A stretch of 64,000 bases of DNA from Octopus vulgaris (GCA_951406725.2 OX597816.1:179490001-179554000); one strand, 5' to 3'. Counted from the first letter of the stretch, positions 1 to 14,580 are shown. Numbers and translations: made by a program. The notes: generated by a model not told the origin, from the sequence alone.

Positions 1-199
1 TACTCCCATCCTCCTCCTCATCATTTTTATGTTTGCATTTCCATATTTGCATGAGTTGAATGGTTGGATGGCTTCTGAGCACAGCATCTTACCACATGCT
101 GCATTCCACTGCCATTGTCTTTGTGACTCTCAGCTTTTACTGCTTCTACACATACTTCTCTTGTTTTTCTCTCTTACTGTTTCCTTTCACTTGGATCTC

Positions 200-780
200 C
201 TGGCATTTCATTATCATCAATACACATTACAGATCTGTATAAACACAGTTATCTTTCTTGCACACATCAAGTTCCTCTTATACCCTGTTTTTCTCTCATG
301 CACACCAACATTACACCCCCATGTTTGCTTTATTTCTCTCTAGCCTCCACACATTCTCTTCATGCAATGCCCAAATTTCGCTATCATGTAGTATCACATT
401 TTGCATAAAAGTATTGTACAGTTTACACCAAATATGAAGAGAAAAATCTCCTTGTTGCCAACAGAGGTCCTTGAATTTTTTCTAACCAGTTGTTATTCAA
501 GTTACTATGCTTTCAGAGCACCCTCCTCAGCAGGATTAGGGCACCTAGATAACAGACACTATTAAATACTTCCAAGAAGTTTTCCAAATATTAAAAGTAA
601 TTTATTTTACTGTTGCTCTAACGAATAAGTACTCTTAAACATCTACTACACACAAAGTCTTTACTTACTGTCAGCCTAGCTGTAACTTCAGTACATATTT
701 TCTGCATATCAAGTATAGTCGTTTCCCTGATAGCAACAGGGTCCTGTCTTATTTTATACTTACTAAGGCCTCACAATTTT
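200..780 (-). mobile_element. Old RTE LINE remnant
   Basis: Nucleotide similarity to 18650-18780 (YLG...GCSES...LAT region). Confidence 0.5.
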
Positions 781-3212
781 GTTCCTACAGACAGTTGTAA
801 TTGATTTGAGAACTATAATAAATAGGAAAGGGCTGAGAACTGTTTAAGTGCAGACTAAATTCCTCACTGAACTCTTGCCAACTACCACTTTGCTAATAGC
901 ATCTTTATACATGGCTTGCATTGCTCTCACACACAATCTATCTACACCTAGTTTTCATAGAAACCACTGTGGTAATTTCTTACATAAATACAAGACCAAT
1001 AATCTGAGGTGGGCAAGGGACAGTCAATTATATCAACCACAATAATTGATTGGTACTTATTTTATCAATGACAGAAAGACAATAGGCAATATAAAGCCTG
1101 GTGTGATTTGAACTTAGAATGTAAAGAGATGTAACTAAATACCACAGGAAATTTTATCTAATGCTCTAATGATTCAGCCAATCCACCAACCTTCATTCTA
1201 AATAATACTTCTTGTGAATTTTAACTAATTGTATAGAAATAGAGTTGTTGATTAAGCTGATTCCAGTATATTACTTGTGTCCACTTTATTGACTCCACAG
1301 GAATGAAAGACAAAGTTTTGTTTGTTAGTATGGGATATTTTTATATTAAAAGACTGAGAGTTAGAGAGAGAGAAAGGGCTGCATTGACAAACATACTATG
1401 ATACAAAAATCTGACATGAAGTAGCCAATCAAGTAAATTAGTGACTGATGAAACTTTTAATGTAGTTCAACTTTACCACAATATTCACATATCATAAGTA
1501 GTTAAGGATATTGCTAATGTGAAGGACACCAACTTTCTGTGAACTACTCATCAGGCTATTGGTCTCTGACATATAAAGAATGATCAATGGCAGAATGAAC
1601 ACAAGAGAAATTATACTGATAGGCACTGAATTGGGAAAGGGATTTGCAAAAGCAAAGGAGATGATTACTTATGATAATTGATTTATATTAAACTAGCAGT
1701 TGTACTCAACCAAACTCATGTTTGTTAATATCCTAAATAGATACAGTCATGTGAATTTACTATATTTTAGATAAAGTATTTAAAAAAAAAAGATGCTGAC
1801 AATGTTCAGCTAGTCCAGGAATGTTGACTGTTGCGGTCAAGCAATTTAGAAAGGGGTTCAAGGTAAGCTAATAAATAAATACAAATATAGATCCAACGGC
1901 CCCAAAAAGATGCTTCCCTATGCAAAACATCAACTATTTGAATAAGTGTGGCCTACAACTTGGAACATGTACACATACATTCAATATTAAGAATATTAGA
2001 AAGCAATGAGCAAGGGTCAGTTGCCTTTCAAGAGAAAGTTTTCTTAGAGAAATGTACAATTTAGTGACCAAATAGAATACATCAGCTTAGGTACAAGAGT
2101 ACTTCCTGCACTTAAACATCCTCTGACTAACAGCAATTCAAACTGAACCTAAGTTTTGCTAAAGTTACCAAATTATCTCTGTTCTTTAGTCTATGAGAAC
2201 CTGAAATAAGTGTGACATCTACCTCTCTAACTAAGACTAATAATATTAATAAAAACTTTCAACAATAGTTCCAAATTAGACAATATAATTTATAAGATGT
2301 TTTTGTTATATTACAAACTACAGCAATGCTAGTGTGATAGTTGAGCTTATATTTATGTATTAAGTCTGACCTATAATAAGACTAACATTAGCATGATAGT
2401 TAGTTTTGCATCCATCTAAAAATTAGGATTTTCCTGATGAGATTATAAACTGTTACATGATCAAGTGAAAAGATAAAATGATGATCTACATATTAGCAAA
2501 GTAGAGTAAGAGGTGACCTTCAGGTGAATCATGTAAACAATCCAGTTCTAGGTCAACATTATTTCATTGCTAATGCTTTTAAGAATAATATGAAGGTCAA
2601 TTTTCACCCTCATAATATAAATATATGAAAAATATATCCATATATTAACAAAATAACTTTAATATTATTGGGGTTTCATGAAATATAAGTAATTCTATGA
2701 TGGTTATGTGGTTATTTTGAAAATTCTTCAAAGAATGATGACTGTGCTCTGCATAGTTATGAACTGCCCTTTGGCAAGGCATAGCACCCATTCAGCCACT
2801 CTGCCAGGGATACGATAAAGTCATGGGGTTGCACATGGCAGATTGTGAAGACATGGAAGAGCTCAAGTGATCCAATGGTGCTTCTTACATTGATTCTGAG
2901 CAGAGGAATCCGAGATGATCAACAGTCAAGATCACCAAACACTATCAAGAGAGCAACTGCAATGCATCCCTAGGAATGGCATCCATGGTTGTGTAATCAG
3001 CTAATGAAAGATTCATTATGACTCAATCAAGCTCCCAATTCAAATTCATAATAATGAAACTGGATAGTTACAGAAAGTCATGGGAATCCATGAAAGCAGT
3101 GAAAAAAACATTATCAATACAAGATATATTTGACATCATTAATGTGAGAGTGAGAGCTGCAATGAAAAGAAATAAGTAAAGAAACAATTTCCGAAAAGAT
3201 TTATTATTGCTG

Positions 3213-3251
<39 letters not shown>

Positions 3252-3381
3252 CATATATATATATATATACATATACATATACATATATATACATATATAC
3301 ATATATGTATATATATACATACATAAATACATACATATGTAGATATATATATATATATATATATACATACATATATACATA

Positions 3382-3414
<33 letters not shown>

Positions 3415-3445
3415 CAAAAATATAATTGAATTAAAAGTAACTCAC

Positions 3446-3512
3446 GTATGCTGTAACCTTATAGACAGAAGAAACAATTCTAGGTTGTTGAGAATCTGGA
3501 ACTTTTTGAGCA
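3446..3512 (-). CDS. CFAP300: CFAP300 coding exon 6 (C-AQKVPDSQQPRIVSSVYKVTAY); terminal exon probably outside the window
   Basis: ttttAG acceptor, GTGAGT donor, 67 nt; resembles I.SSV.KV.AY. No final exon recognised in 1-3445. Confidence 0.9.
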
Positions 3513-4773
3513 CTAAAAGAAGAGCAGCAGAATTTTATTAAGTGATAAGAAATCATCAGTAAAATAGATATTAATTACATTAGTTTTGTTCCAATTACTT
3601 TCCATTCTCTTTTTGGTGGGCCAGAAAGAGTTAATTATCATCATCATCATCATTTAATGTTTGTTCTCCATGCTGGCATGGATTACATGGTACCCCTGTA
3701 CTGTTCTTTTAAGCCTGGTACTTATTGAATTGGTCCTTTCCTTAACTGCTAAGTTATGGGATGTAACTATGCCAACACTAGTTGTCACATGGATCGGGGA
3801 CAAGCACAGACGCAAAGACACACACACATACACACACATGGCATGCTTCTTTCAGTTTCCGTTTACCAAATCCACTCACAAGGCTTTGGTTGGCCCAAGG
3901 TCATGGTAGAAGACACTTGTCATTTATTTATTTTGTTTTTTTCAGTTAAAGAAAATTAGTTTTAAATGCTTTCATAAAGTGAAATATTTGGTAATTATGC
4001 TGCATGATGTTCTAAATCATTTTATCCAATCCTTTTATTTGATTGCTATTTTTTTTCCTGTTCTGCTCATTTAATACTCAACAGAGTAGCAAGAATGTAA
4101 AGATTTTGCTAATTCACAACAATATATAGTATATGGATACTATAACAGGTTGGGCTTTAGAATAAGTTTCAGAATGAGTCAAGTAAAAGTTTATAATACT
4201 AGAGATAACAATAATGAATTAGGATTGTATTTTGTTGAGTTTCTCATTTCAAATTTTAAATAAAATTTGGAAGCTGGGAGATTAATTAAAATTAGAAGAA
4301 ATATGCGAAAGAAAAAGTTGCATTTTTCATATGAGATATAAATTTATAATAAAATTTGTTCAATTATAATGTTATTTAACAAGATGAGACTCACTCTACA
4401 TATTTTTCATGCACCAAGTCTAGGACAAGTCACCCTGGTAAAGCCTATCTATCTCCAAGTTACTGATGATGGTTAAATTCACAGACAAAGTACTGAAATG
4501 TGATGGCTCCAACCAGAAATCCAATCATCTTACAGAAGGGATATTTGGCTTTAGATATCAAATATATAACTTTACATATAAAAAAATCAGTTTATTAAAA
4601 TAAATGAATGTACAGACTTATTAAACCCTAACAGCTCATTGTTTTGATCAAATGTTTTCCGATTAGAACTGACTATGCTGACTAATCTGTGAAGGACTAT
4701 CAACATTCCATTTGCAAAGTAAGATTCTCAGTTTATGCTGTTGTAAGAGAAATAAAATAGAAAAATAGCTTAC

Positions 4774-4946
4774 CACACTAATTCTTTATATAATTTCTTT
4801 ACCATATCTTCATAAGGTCCAAAATCATCTTCAAACTGGCAAACTTTTCCACCCAAACATAAGTGCTTCAGTAAGCAAAATAAAAATTCTTCTTTTTCAC
4901 TGGGTGAATATAGGTTGTAATTATCACTTTCTTCTAGTAGAAGCAT
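4774..4946 (-). CDS. CFAP300: CFAP300 coding exon 5 (MLLLEESDNYNLYSPSEKEEFLFCLLKHLCLGGKVCQFEDDFGPYEDMVKKLYKELV)
   Basis: acAG acceptor, GTAAG donor, 173 nt; hallmark EEFLFCL.KHLCLGG..CQ.ED motif. Absent from the ORF track; translated by hand. Confidence 0.95.
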
Positions 4947-7616
4947 CTGTTTTTACCAAATAGAAAAAAAGTGTATAATAGTAACAACAAATATATTTAT
5001 TGTAAACATGACTGTGTTTAATTTAATGATTGAAAATAATATGACAGTTGAAAAAGTGAAAATAATAATTACTTTTGTATAAATCATTTTTTTTCTATAA
5101 GGCAACTGGCTACAGAGATTCCTTAGCATATTTCTAGTACTTAATTTATCAACCTCCAGAGACTAGAAATGCAAAATTCTAGCATGAATTTTGAAGCAAG
5201 AAAATTAAAACATCCAGTCAGTGATTCCTTTGTTTTGATGCGTTCTACTGGTTGGTAAAGCATATTTTTAATGATAAATTGTATTAGAAGTAAATGTGTT
5301 AATTTCTTACTGAAGAAAATAGGCTTCAGGTTTTTAGAAGTGAGGAAATGAGATAGCTTAAAGTCCATAACTTTCTCATAGGTATTTATATGAAGCAGCT
5401 ACAGCTAGAAGGAAACTACAGGCACTCCATGAGCTAACTCCATTCTACCAAAATATATCAATTTATTTAAACTAAAGACACAACCAACTTTGGAAGATTC
5501 TGGATGGAGATAATTAAGTCAGTCCTAGTTTGTTATATCTTCTTTAATATATTGACTACCAGAAGAATGAAAAACAAAGTTGATTATTGAGATCAGAGCT
5601 TAGAATAGAGAGAAATGAAACTAAATAGTCAGGTATATCTGTTTCTTGAACAAAACACTCTTCAGAAAAAGAATATATATTAAAATGTTACCAAGAATAT
5701 ATTAACTCTGTAGTGGAATCATGATTAGTAACATTGTAATTTGTTTTGTCTCGTTTTATATTTTTATCTAGATATTTCTGACAAACTTATGTACTAGTTA
5801 TTACTCTTTATATACTGCTCTTAGCATATCTGATTGTGTCAACAACATTTAACTAATGATTAATCCGCCAACTGTGTCACCCAAGTCTGTCATTAACTGA
5901 ATTCCGAAACCTGCCATTTACATTATGTCATTAAATAAACTGCACCATTACAATAAATAGAATATATAAACATGTCTGTAGCATAGAATGCAGCTAAACA
6001 TTTTTTTTAAATGGATTTAGACAGCAAGTAAAATATTGATTTCTTTTGACATATATGCAACACTAAGAAATGCAGAAGGAGAATAGTCAGTAGATTTTTG
6101 CTGTTTTTTTTTTAATATTAACTCTGAAGAATAAAAAGAAAGCCCTACTATGACTTGCACTCAGAACAAAGAACAAATCTGAATTTGACTAAGTATTGTT
6201 GTTGGTTCACCACCCTCAAATGTTAAGAATATATGGCTAGTGGGAAGAGTGGTGTGAAATGGTGGTTAATCATAAGTGTTTACAACCTGGTTTCAATTCC
6301 TTATAACAACAGCTGTTTTGCTAACAGCTTTGTTAATACAACTCATTAAAACAAGCTTCATTTCAACTCATTTGAAGAAATCAATAATTAGCGATTCATT
6401 GATGGTTATCTCTGATAAATCACAATGACTCATTTCTCTGATAGAAATAAGCAAAGTGTGTGTGTGTGTGTGTGTGTATGCATTGGCTAATGAAGGTGAT
6501 GGGCTCTTGGCATTTATCTCACCAATTCAAACTTTGTTTGATAGTTTTGTATCAGCAAATGGATGAGCTGCTTGTTTTTGCAAAGTACATTGATCTTTAA
6601 ATTATCATTATCAGCAGTTTTACATCCTTTTCACTTCACTGGGAAATTTTCATCTCAATCTTGTTTCATCCAATCTGTGATGCATAACATAAGACCAACC
6701 CAATTTGGGCCAGAATGTGAAATGATGATGATGATGATGATGACAGTGATGGTGTTGATAATGAATTAATTTGAAGGGGGATGAGGAAGTGATTACATCT
6801 TTCTTAAGCTATTCAACTTTGTTTTAATGCCTACTTTTCCACTCTTGCATGGATTAGATGGAATTTGATGAAATTTTCTCCTCTGTTTCCAAGTAAGCTA
6901 GTTTCTCCTTTTGACTTGATATGTTTTCTTAGAAGATTGGAAATGAATGACACTGCATGTACAATGGTAAATTTGTTTGCGACCATCATGACAATGAAAC
7001 AGATAAATTAGCACAATTGATGTTCCGTTTGAATTCTGTAGTTTGAAAACATAGAGGCAGAGCTTCCAAAATGTTCACTTTAGAGAAAATATTGGGTAAA
7101 GTAAGCAATATTCCATATGGTGATGAGACAGAGTAATTGCAATGAGAGAAAAATTGATGAGTAATTAAAAATAAACCTAGGTGGTATGAAAATAGTCAGC
7201 AAATTCAGGGAGCAGAGAACATCATAGAAGCTGCAATAGTGATTGTAGAGTATTGGTTAATGAAGACTTACCAATAAAGCAGACAGACCTTTGTGGAGAG
7301 ACACTCAATATCTTGAGTGTATTTTATAATCTTTTACATGATTCAGCAAGTGCCTCATGTATGATACACAGTGTGTGTTACAAACGACATTATATGTGAT
7401 GCATGTGTCTATCTTATGAATGATATACAGTGTTTATCCTATATATATGTACTTCATGTATAGCACAGTGTTATGACTAAATATATTTTATGTGTGACAT
7501 ACAGTGAGTATATTAAATATGAACAGTATGTAATTAATGTAAAACACAAGATGACATGCAGTGTGTATATTATGTATACAAGCCACTTTCATATATTGCA
7601 TTATATTATTATTATT

Positions 7617-7662
<46 letters not shown>

Positions 7663-9486
7663 CCTACAAGTTCTGGCTGAGTGGTTAAGAAACTCACTTC
7701 ATAAATATGAGGTCCTAGATTTGATTCCACTATTTAGAATCTTGGTCAAATATCTTTATCATAACATCAGGATAATCCAAGCATTGTGAGCAAATTTGGG
7801 TAGATGGAAACTGTTTAGAAGCCCATCATATGGATTGTGTCTGTAATTTAAAGGACAATCCTAATCACATATTACACCATTCTCATTTGGCTTGGGAAGT
7901 GTGCTAAGTGTACATGGTTCAGTGGAATACTCAGCCATTTACACGTTAATTTAATGAAGTGAATGTTTAATTGATTGAACAGATTGAATTCTGATCATCA
8001 AAACCTACAGAGCATCAATTAGTTACTTAGCTTGTTGCTTCTCTTTTTGCTAGCCCTCTGTTTATTCTCCCTACATTGTATTACATTGCTAACATAGATA
8101 GTCTGTTTTTTTTATTCGCAGATAACAAAACAGAACTGATAGGGTACTGGACAACCAACTGATAAGTCAACAGTTCATGACTAACCACTGATGCACTGTT
8201 TCCAAGCTGTTGACCTTCAAATGCAAAGTAGACAGATCAGTGTTGAGTACATATCTCTTACATAGTAGACTATCCTTTGAGGAACTGGGAGAGGTTGATC
8301 AATTCAAACAAAAGTAGTATAGAGGCTCACTGCCCTACAGTACTGAGATTCTTTTTTTCTATCAGTGACCGTCTACTGTTTTATCAAAGGGAAGATTTAC
8401 TTGTCACTACAATAACCATAGTGAACACTGGCCTTTGTAGTTTGGAAAAGAGTGACTGTGTAATTATAGATTGAGAAATACTGCAGCACCAAATGACAAA
8501 CTAAACTAACATAAAATCTTCAAAACAATTTTTTTTTTCTTGATTCAACTTTCAACACTGAATCGCACAAATAAAAGTTCCAGTGTGTGGTTCATCTCTC
8601 CTGCAAAATATCAACTGACTTTGGAAGACAGTTAATCCTTCGTCATTTTAGAACAAATTAAGGGATGAGGATGAAAGCAGACCCATGATGGACATGCACT
8701 GTAAATTTTAAACTAGATATATTTCAAATTCTAATCTTACATTTAATTTTTTCTTTACATATATTGTTTTCTACCTTATGGATATTAGATTGTAAAATTT
8801 CCTTAAATGCACCTTTTACATTTCCAACTAAACTACAGAATGTCACTTCTTTCTCTTAGTTAACAAATGTATTAGTAAGATATGTTGTTTATAAACATTT
8901 CTACTGTTATCCTCGTTTTGACAAAATCGACAATTTGAATTGTCTGATTCCAAACCTTCTCTTTTTTTGAGTGTTTTTGAGACCAGCCTGACAATGCCTT
9001 TCACTTTTGGTATTTGTTTTTTTCAGAAACTTGAAATTCAAATTTTGTACCTAACATAGCTATTGTTCCATCTCTACAGCACTCACAGACACTATCCTGC
9101 AATAGCAATGGATTGTGGGTATTGCCATTTTCTGTGTTTGTGGGGTTCCCAGGATCAACAGTGTATCGATCAGGTTTCTCATATGAGGCAATACTACTAC
9201 TGGGTGAAGAATCTGGGGTCAAAAGGGCACTTGGAGGAGTATGCTCTTGATTTGGCTGGCACTCTCCATTCTCAATATTACAACGAATAGGCATTTTGTG
9301 TGTGATCGGGTTTGTATATAATAAGCATTGAATGAATGCTTTTCACAAGAGATTCATTAGGAATATGATAATAGACGTGCCTAAATAATTCCAGTAAAAA
9401 TACAAGCACAGTGGTCGATGAATTTAGAGAAATAGGTTGATAGCTATTGATATTTAGAAATTTCTCAAAAATCGTTTTCCCATGAC

Positions 9487-10150
9487 TGAAAGGAAGATGA
9501 AACCTTTTCCAAAACATGAGGTCAGGGTGGTTGTTTCAAGAGGAGAACAAAAAACAAAAAAACTGCATTTTAAATGAGCCAGAGTGAACACATAACATGC
9601 AAACACAAGTAGCTGGGAACATGATAGCACATCAGTCAATTTACCTAGTTGTATTGAAAATAAACCAAATGTTGCTGAATTGATCTCCTGCACAATTTGA
9701 TCCTTAATGTCAATGTTCCTGATCCTTTTTTGAACAAAACTATTCAATACTGAAATAGCTGCAAGTATTTTTCACTCATTTCCTCCCACATGTTCTGCCA
9801 TTTTAAGAGCACCAGGTTTGATCAAACTTCTCCAATTATGTATGTTTTTTTTCCCTACTTTGCTAACTCCAGTGCTACTACAGAAAAAGCTTCAGTGATT
9901 TTTTGCCCTTGTTTCCAGATTCATCTTTTTTGAGAGCATTTGCCAGCTGTTCAAAAAACTTTCGTCCTTGTTCTCATGTTGAGGACAAACATTCTGTAAA
10001 TTTTGCTTCAGCTTTGTTGGTTTCTGTAATAGGATCTTCTCAGATAGGGAAGATAAGGCAACATCTGACAAGAACCTTGAGGCTCAAGGAACTGAGTTGA
10101 TCATCATATGTATCCAAATATTTACAGTGGGTTGAAAATTGCTACAAAGA
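9487..10150 (-). mobile_element. hAT (Charlie/Buster-like) transposase remnant
   Basis: RI.NIDIKDQIV...GLFSIQL..LTDV.SCSQLLVF..YV...FCSPLETTT and an IIGE..IKP-like segment; stops and frameshifts. Confidence 0.75.
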
Positions 10151-12100
10151 GCTCCTGTGGTTTGTGCACACTCATTGGCTTCTCTGGTGGTTCACTGGCT
10201 TGTTTCAGATACAGATGTTGACAGACTTCACAATGTAAAATAGGTTGATAGCTATTGATATTTAGAAATTTCTCAAAATTTGTTTTCCCATGAATGTATT
10301 TATGTGCTATCCACTTAAGTACTCTTGTGATCGCATTATTAATCTTCATAAGTCTTAACCTTTACAATCCTCTTGGGTATTAACCTTCATTAAAGACTAT
10401 CCAGCAAATTTTCTGATAGACATAAAGATATCTGTTAAATACATAAAATATGGAGAATTTCTTATCTTTCAAAAACAAACTCACCAAATAAAATACTACA
10501 CTATTAAACATTCACATCCAAAAGGCAACTGATCCCTACAAAAGTATATGACTTTCATTGTCCCTATTTGCATATGCATAAATGCATGCATGCAAGCTTG
10601 CATGTGTGTGTGTGTGTGAGCATGCATGTGCATGCATGAATGTATGTAGTATATATGTATATAAGTATGAATGTGTACAAGTTTTTAATCAAGGACACCA
10701 GTATAATAAAGATGTGATTAAAATAAAAAGTTAAAAACAAAAATCCGAGCTATGCTGGTACATAAAACAGTGATGACACTGCCACCACTGCTACTGTCAC
10801 CAATGACAATGATGAAAATAATAATGATTTCAAATTTTGGCCAACAATTTTGGGTGAGGGGCTAAGTCAATTACATCAACCCCAGTATTTAACTAGTATT
10901 TTTATTATTGACCCTGAAGGATGAAAGGCAAAGTCAACCTTGGTAGAATTTGAACTCAGAACATAAACAGAGAAGAAATGTCACTAAGCATTTTACCCAG
11001 CATGCTAATGATTCTGCCAGCTCACTGCCTTAATAATGATGATAATAATAATGATAATAATAATAATGCAGCGGTTATGCTCTGATGCAGTAGCAGGCAC
11101 TGGATCTTATGGCTGTCTTCATATAAAAAGACGGGCTACAGTAAATATTCTGCTCAATACCACAGACTTGCTTGTCAGTTGCTTGACCTTAACCAGCTGA
11201 GCAAGTCCCTTAGTGGCTGATGAAATGTGTTTCTCTGATCATGAGCAGGAGTAGTGGGTAAGCATCATAGCAATGTGTTCATAGGAATTCTTTGGGGTTT
11301 GAATAATTCACCTCTGGAAACAAGGGGACTTAGTTCATCGTCCTTAAACAACTCTCATTTAGGGACCTTTTGAGTGGGGTGGGCTACTCAACATGAAGAA
11401 AATTCTAACAGGGTCCCACCTGCAAGGTCATGGGTTATTTATCTTAATACAAGGCCACTATGTTGTGCACACATGGTTGTGATGCAAGCGCCTGGTGTAC
11501 CCTTATCAGATGAATAGTCATGATGGGTATATTGGGCTTCATATATCTGTACCCTAGTGTCTCTTTGATGGTATGTATTACTTTCTCACTATGATAATAA
11601 TAATCATTCCAGATTTTGGCACAAGGCCAGCAATTTTGGGGAGGGACTAAGTTCATTACATTGACCCCAGCGCTCAAGTGTTACTTATTTTATTGACCCC
11701 AGTAAAATGAAAGACAAAGTCAACCATGACAGAATTTGAACTCAGAATGTAAAGACAGATGGAATGCCGCTATGCATTTTGCTTGGAGTGGCAACTATTC
11801 TGCCAGCTCACCACTCCATTAATAATAATAACTTCCCTCCATATCTATTATTATTGTTGTTGTTATTATCAACAACAACAACAACAATGGTTTCAAATTT
11901 TGCCACAAGGGCAGCGATTTTGGGGGAGGAAATGAATCGATTACATTGACCCCGGTATTCAACTGGTATTTATTTTATTGACTCTAAAAGGATGAAAGGC
12001 AAAGTTGACCTCAGCAGAATTTGAACTCAGAATGTAGTGATGAGCGAATTACAGTTAAGCATTTTATCTAGCACACTAATGATTCTGCCAGCTCACCACC

Positions 12101-12160
<60 letters not shown>

Positions 12161-12881
12161 GTAATAATAATGATAATGATAATAATAATAAATTTGGAGG
12201 GAAGTGATGGTAATGGTTGTCAGAAAGTTGGTCAATTGGCAATAGTCCAAGAGACTAAAAAATCCTGAGGGATTCTGACAAGAACTGAACAATAATAGTA
12301 ACATGAACAACTCCCTCTATCCCTATCTCTCTCTTTCCCTTTGTATATATATATATAAATAATGAAAGATATAACATCATAATTAAAAATTTACGTATGC
12401 TCACTAAAGACCCTAAGATGAACCATATTCTACAAACAGAAATTCATCAAAAGTAAAGAACAACCAAAATCACCACTAAAGAGAATACTGACAGGTGCAA
12501 AATTATACCTAACAATACACACACATACACATGCGTGCGCACACACACATGCGTGTGCGCATGCACCCATATGATAGATCAAGATTCAAGTGAATCAGGT
12601 ACTTAAATGGTGAGGCACCAGGCGAGGTCGAAAAGTGAAATGTGTACCCAACAAAAATAGATGAATATACACAAGGATACCAAAGTACAGGCAGAAAGAC
12701 ATTCAGGTTATGCATACAATTAACTGTAGCCGACAGAGTATATCAATAGCCCTGAGACTAATCAAGAAACAGACATTGCACTAAATGTACAGTCTATAAT
12801 ATACTTTGGATCTATGCAAGGAGCAGGTTCCGAGAGAGGTGGATAATAAATGAAAAAATAACAACAGATGGATATGTGTCA

Positions 12882-12966
12882 ATGCACTACAGCTGTTTCC
12901 AGCAAATTTTTAATTGATTAATGGAGACATTACACCATTAGAAAAAACTGTTTCCATCAGGTGAAT
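12882..12966 (-). ncRNA. Hammerhead motif with long stem II
   Basis: Minus strand ATTCAC-CTGATGG...long imperfect hairpin...GAAAC-AGCT-GTA-GTGCAT; palindromic ACAGCTGT; GUA triplet. Confidence 0.6.
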
Positions 12967-13276
12967 ACACGAACCATAACATTTAAAAACGTTCAAAATC
13001 CAATGGGATGTGCATCTTCATGATTCTATGAGCCTTGCTTGTCATAGAATGAATTTGTTAGTTCAGTTTGGTAGTATTATAGGAGAAAACAAGACGTTAC
13101 GTGCAGGGTAACGAAGATTTATAATGATGAAAGAAGTTGGAGGATGAAGTAAGAGGGGGAGTCGGATAGTGAAGCATCTCACTACTCCTACAACAAAAAG
13201 TTGGTTTCTTTCATCTTTTAATTTTATTCAACAACCAGTTTTAGGGTTAAATAAGTGCAAGGTCACGTAGTTATTT

Positions 13277-13680
13277 ACTCTTTTACTTGTTTCAGTCATT
13301 TGACTGCGGCCATGCTGGAGCACCGCCTTTAGTCGAGCAAATCGACCCCGGGACTTATTCTTTGTAAGCCCAGTACTTATTCGATCGGTCTCTTTTGCCG
13401 AACCGCTAAGTAATGGGGACGTAAACACACCAGCATCGGTTGTCAAGCAATGCTAGGGGACAAACACAGACACACAAACATACACACACACACATACATA
13501 TATATATACATATATACGACAGGCTTCTTTCAGTTTCAGTCTACCAAATCCACTCACAAGGCTTTGGTCGGCCCGAGGCTATAATAGAAGACACTTGCCC
13601 AAGATGCCACACAGTGGGACTGAACCCGGAACCATGTGGTTGATTAGCAAGCTACTTACCACACAGCCACTCCCGCGCCT
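13277..13680 (-). mobile_element. tRNA-derived SINE family A, full-length; other copies at about 3800-3920, 15347, 15755-15913, 21160-21520, 43365, 46795, 48077-48455, 52198
   Basis: Head GGCTGTGTGGTAAG...GGGTTCAGTCCC (A/B boxes), internal (CA/TA)n, ends GCAGTCAAATGACTGAAACAAGTAAAAG. Confidence 0.85.
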
Positions 13681-14206
13681 ATATTATTTATATATTTATT
13701 TATTTGATAGCCTTGTATATATACTCTTTTAAAACCAAATGACTACAAAATCGAGACAATATGACTAAAATTATACGATGGTGGGAAGGGTATGAAACAA
13801 GAAGAGTGGCCAGCATATCAATAATTAGATAAATAAAGGAGTATACAGTAGAAGGCATACCATAAAGAATTATACGAAAGCAAATGGATAATGGTAAAAG
13901 AAGGTTTATAATAAAAAAAGATTATAAGAAAAATTTTGGATAATAATAAAAAATAAAATTATTAGATGGTGAATATGCAAATAATATCGTAAGAATTAAA
14001 AAATAATTAAGAAGTAGTTAAAAAAAACATAAAAGAAAAAAATTAAAGTAAAATAGAATAAAGTAAGGATAAATAAAATAAGGATAAAATAAAGTAGCGA
14101 GCAAAAGGTAAATTAGAGAATAATATTAATAATAAAAATAATAATATAATAATAGAAATATTAAAATTACTAAGTCTCTCTAAAGGAGATTACGGCAGCG
14201 TTACTG

Positions 14207-14580
14207 GATATTAATAGTTATCGCCATACTAATATGGCAGTCTATAAATAAGACTAAAGCTGTCGCTGATTAGCTCCAAGAGGCCACCGCCTCTAGCTAG
14301 CTATATGACACACGAATCTGCATCCATTACAACCTTCGAACAGGGGAGGTCAGCCGCTTCACCTTGCTAGCCAGACATCTGCAGACATGTTTCAGGGTTG
14401 TTGCCCTTTATCAATGCAGCGTAGTCAGAACCAGCAGGTGTCGCTACTGACCGTCTGTAATGGACGCAGGTTCATGTGTCATATAGCTAGCTAGAGGCGA
14501 TGGCCTCTTGGTGCTAATCAGCAACAGCTTTAGTCTTATATTTATAGACTGCCATATTAGTATGGCGATAACTATTAATA
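14207..14580. repeat. Foldback inverted repeat (about 125-bp arms), Penelope-like
   Basis: ATTAATAGTTATCGCCATACTAATATGGCAGTC...CCATTACA is mirrored by TGTAATGG...GACTGCCATATTAGTATGGCGATAACTATTAAT; the spacer holds an HHR. Confidence 0.85.
14379..14419 (-). ncRNA. Minimal hammerhead motif with variant core, in the loop of a foldback repeat
   Basis: Minus strand CTGCA-TTGATAA-AGGG(caacaa)CCCT-GAAAC-AT-GTC-TGCAG; palindromic ACATGT; GUC triplet; core differs from CUGAUGA at two positions. Confidence 0.65.

Noticed and set aside
1445-2440. Isolated CTGATGA heptamers (1445, 2434; also near 45527)
   Set aside because: No stem II, GAAA or stem I pairing; expected by chance.
1-3445. Search for the final CFAP300 exon (YPS...VDP...H)
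   Set aside because: No matching segment with a splice acceptor found; probably beyond the window.
9001-9294. 97-aa minus-strand ORF inside the CFAP300 intron
   Set aside because: No recognisable domain, adjacent to transposon debris, not needed for the CFAP300 frame.
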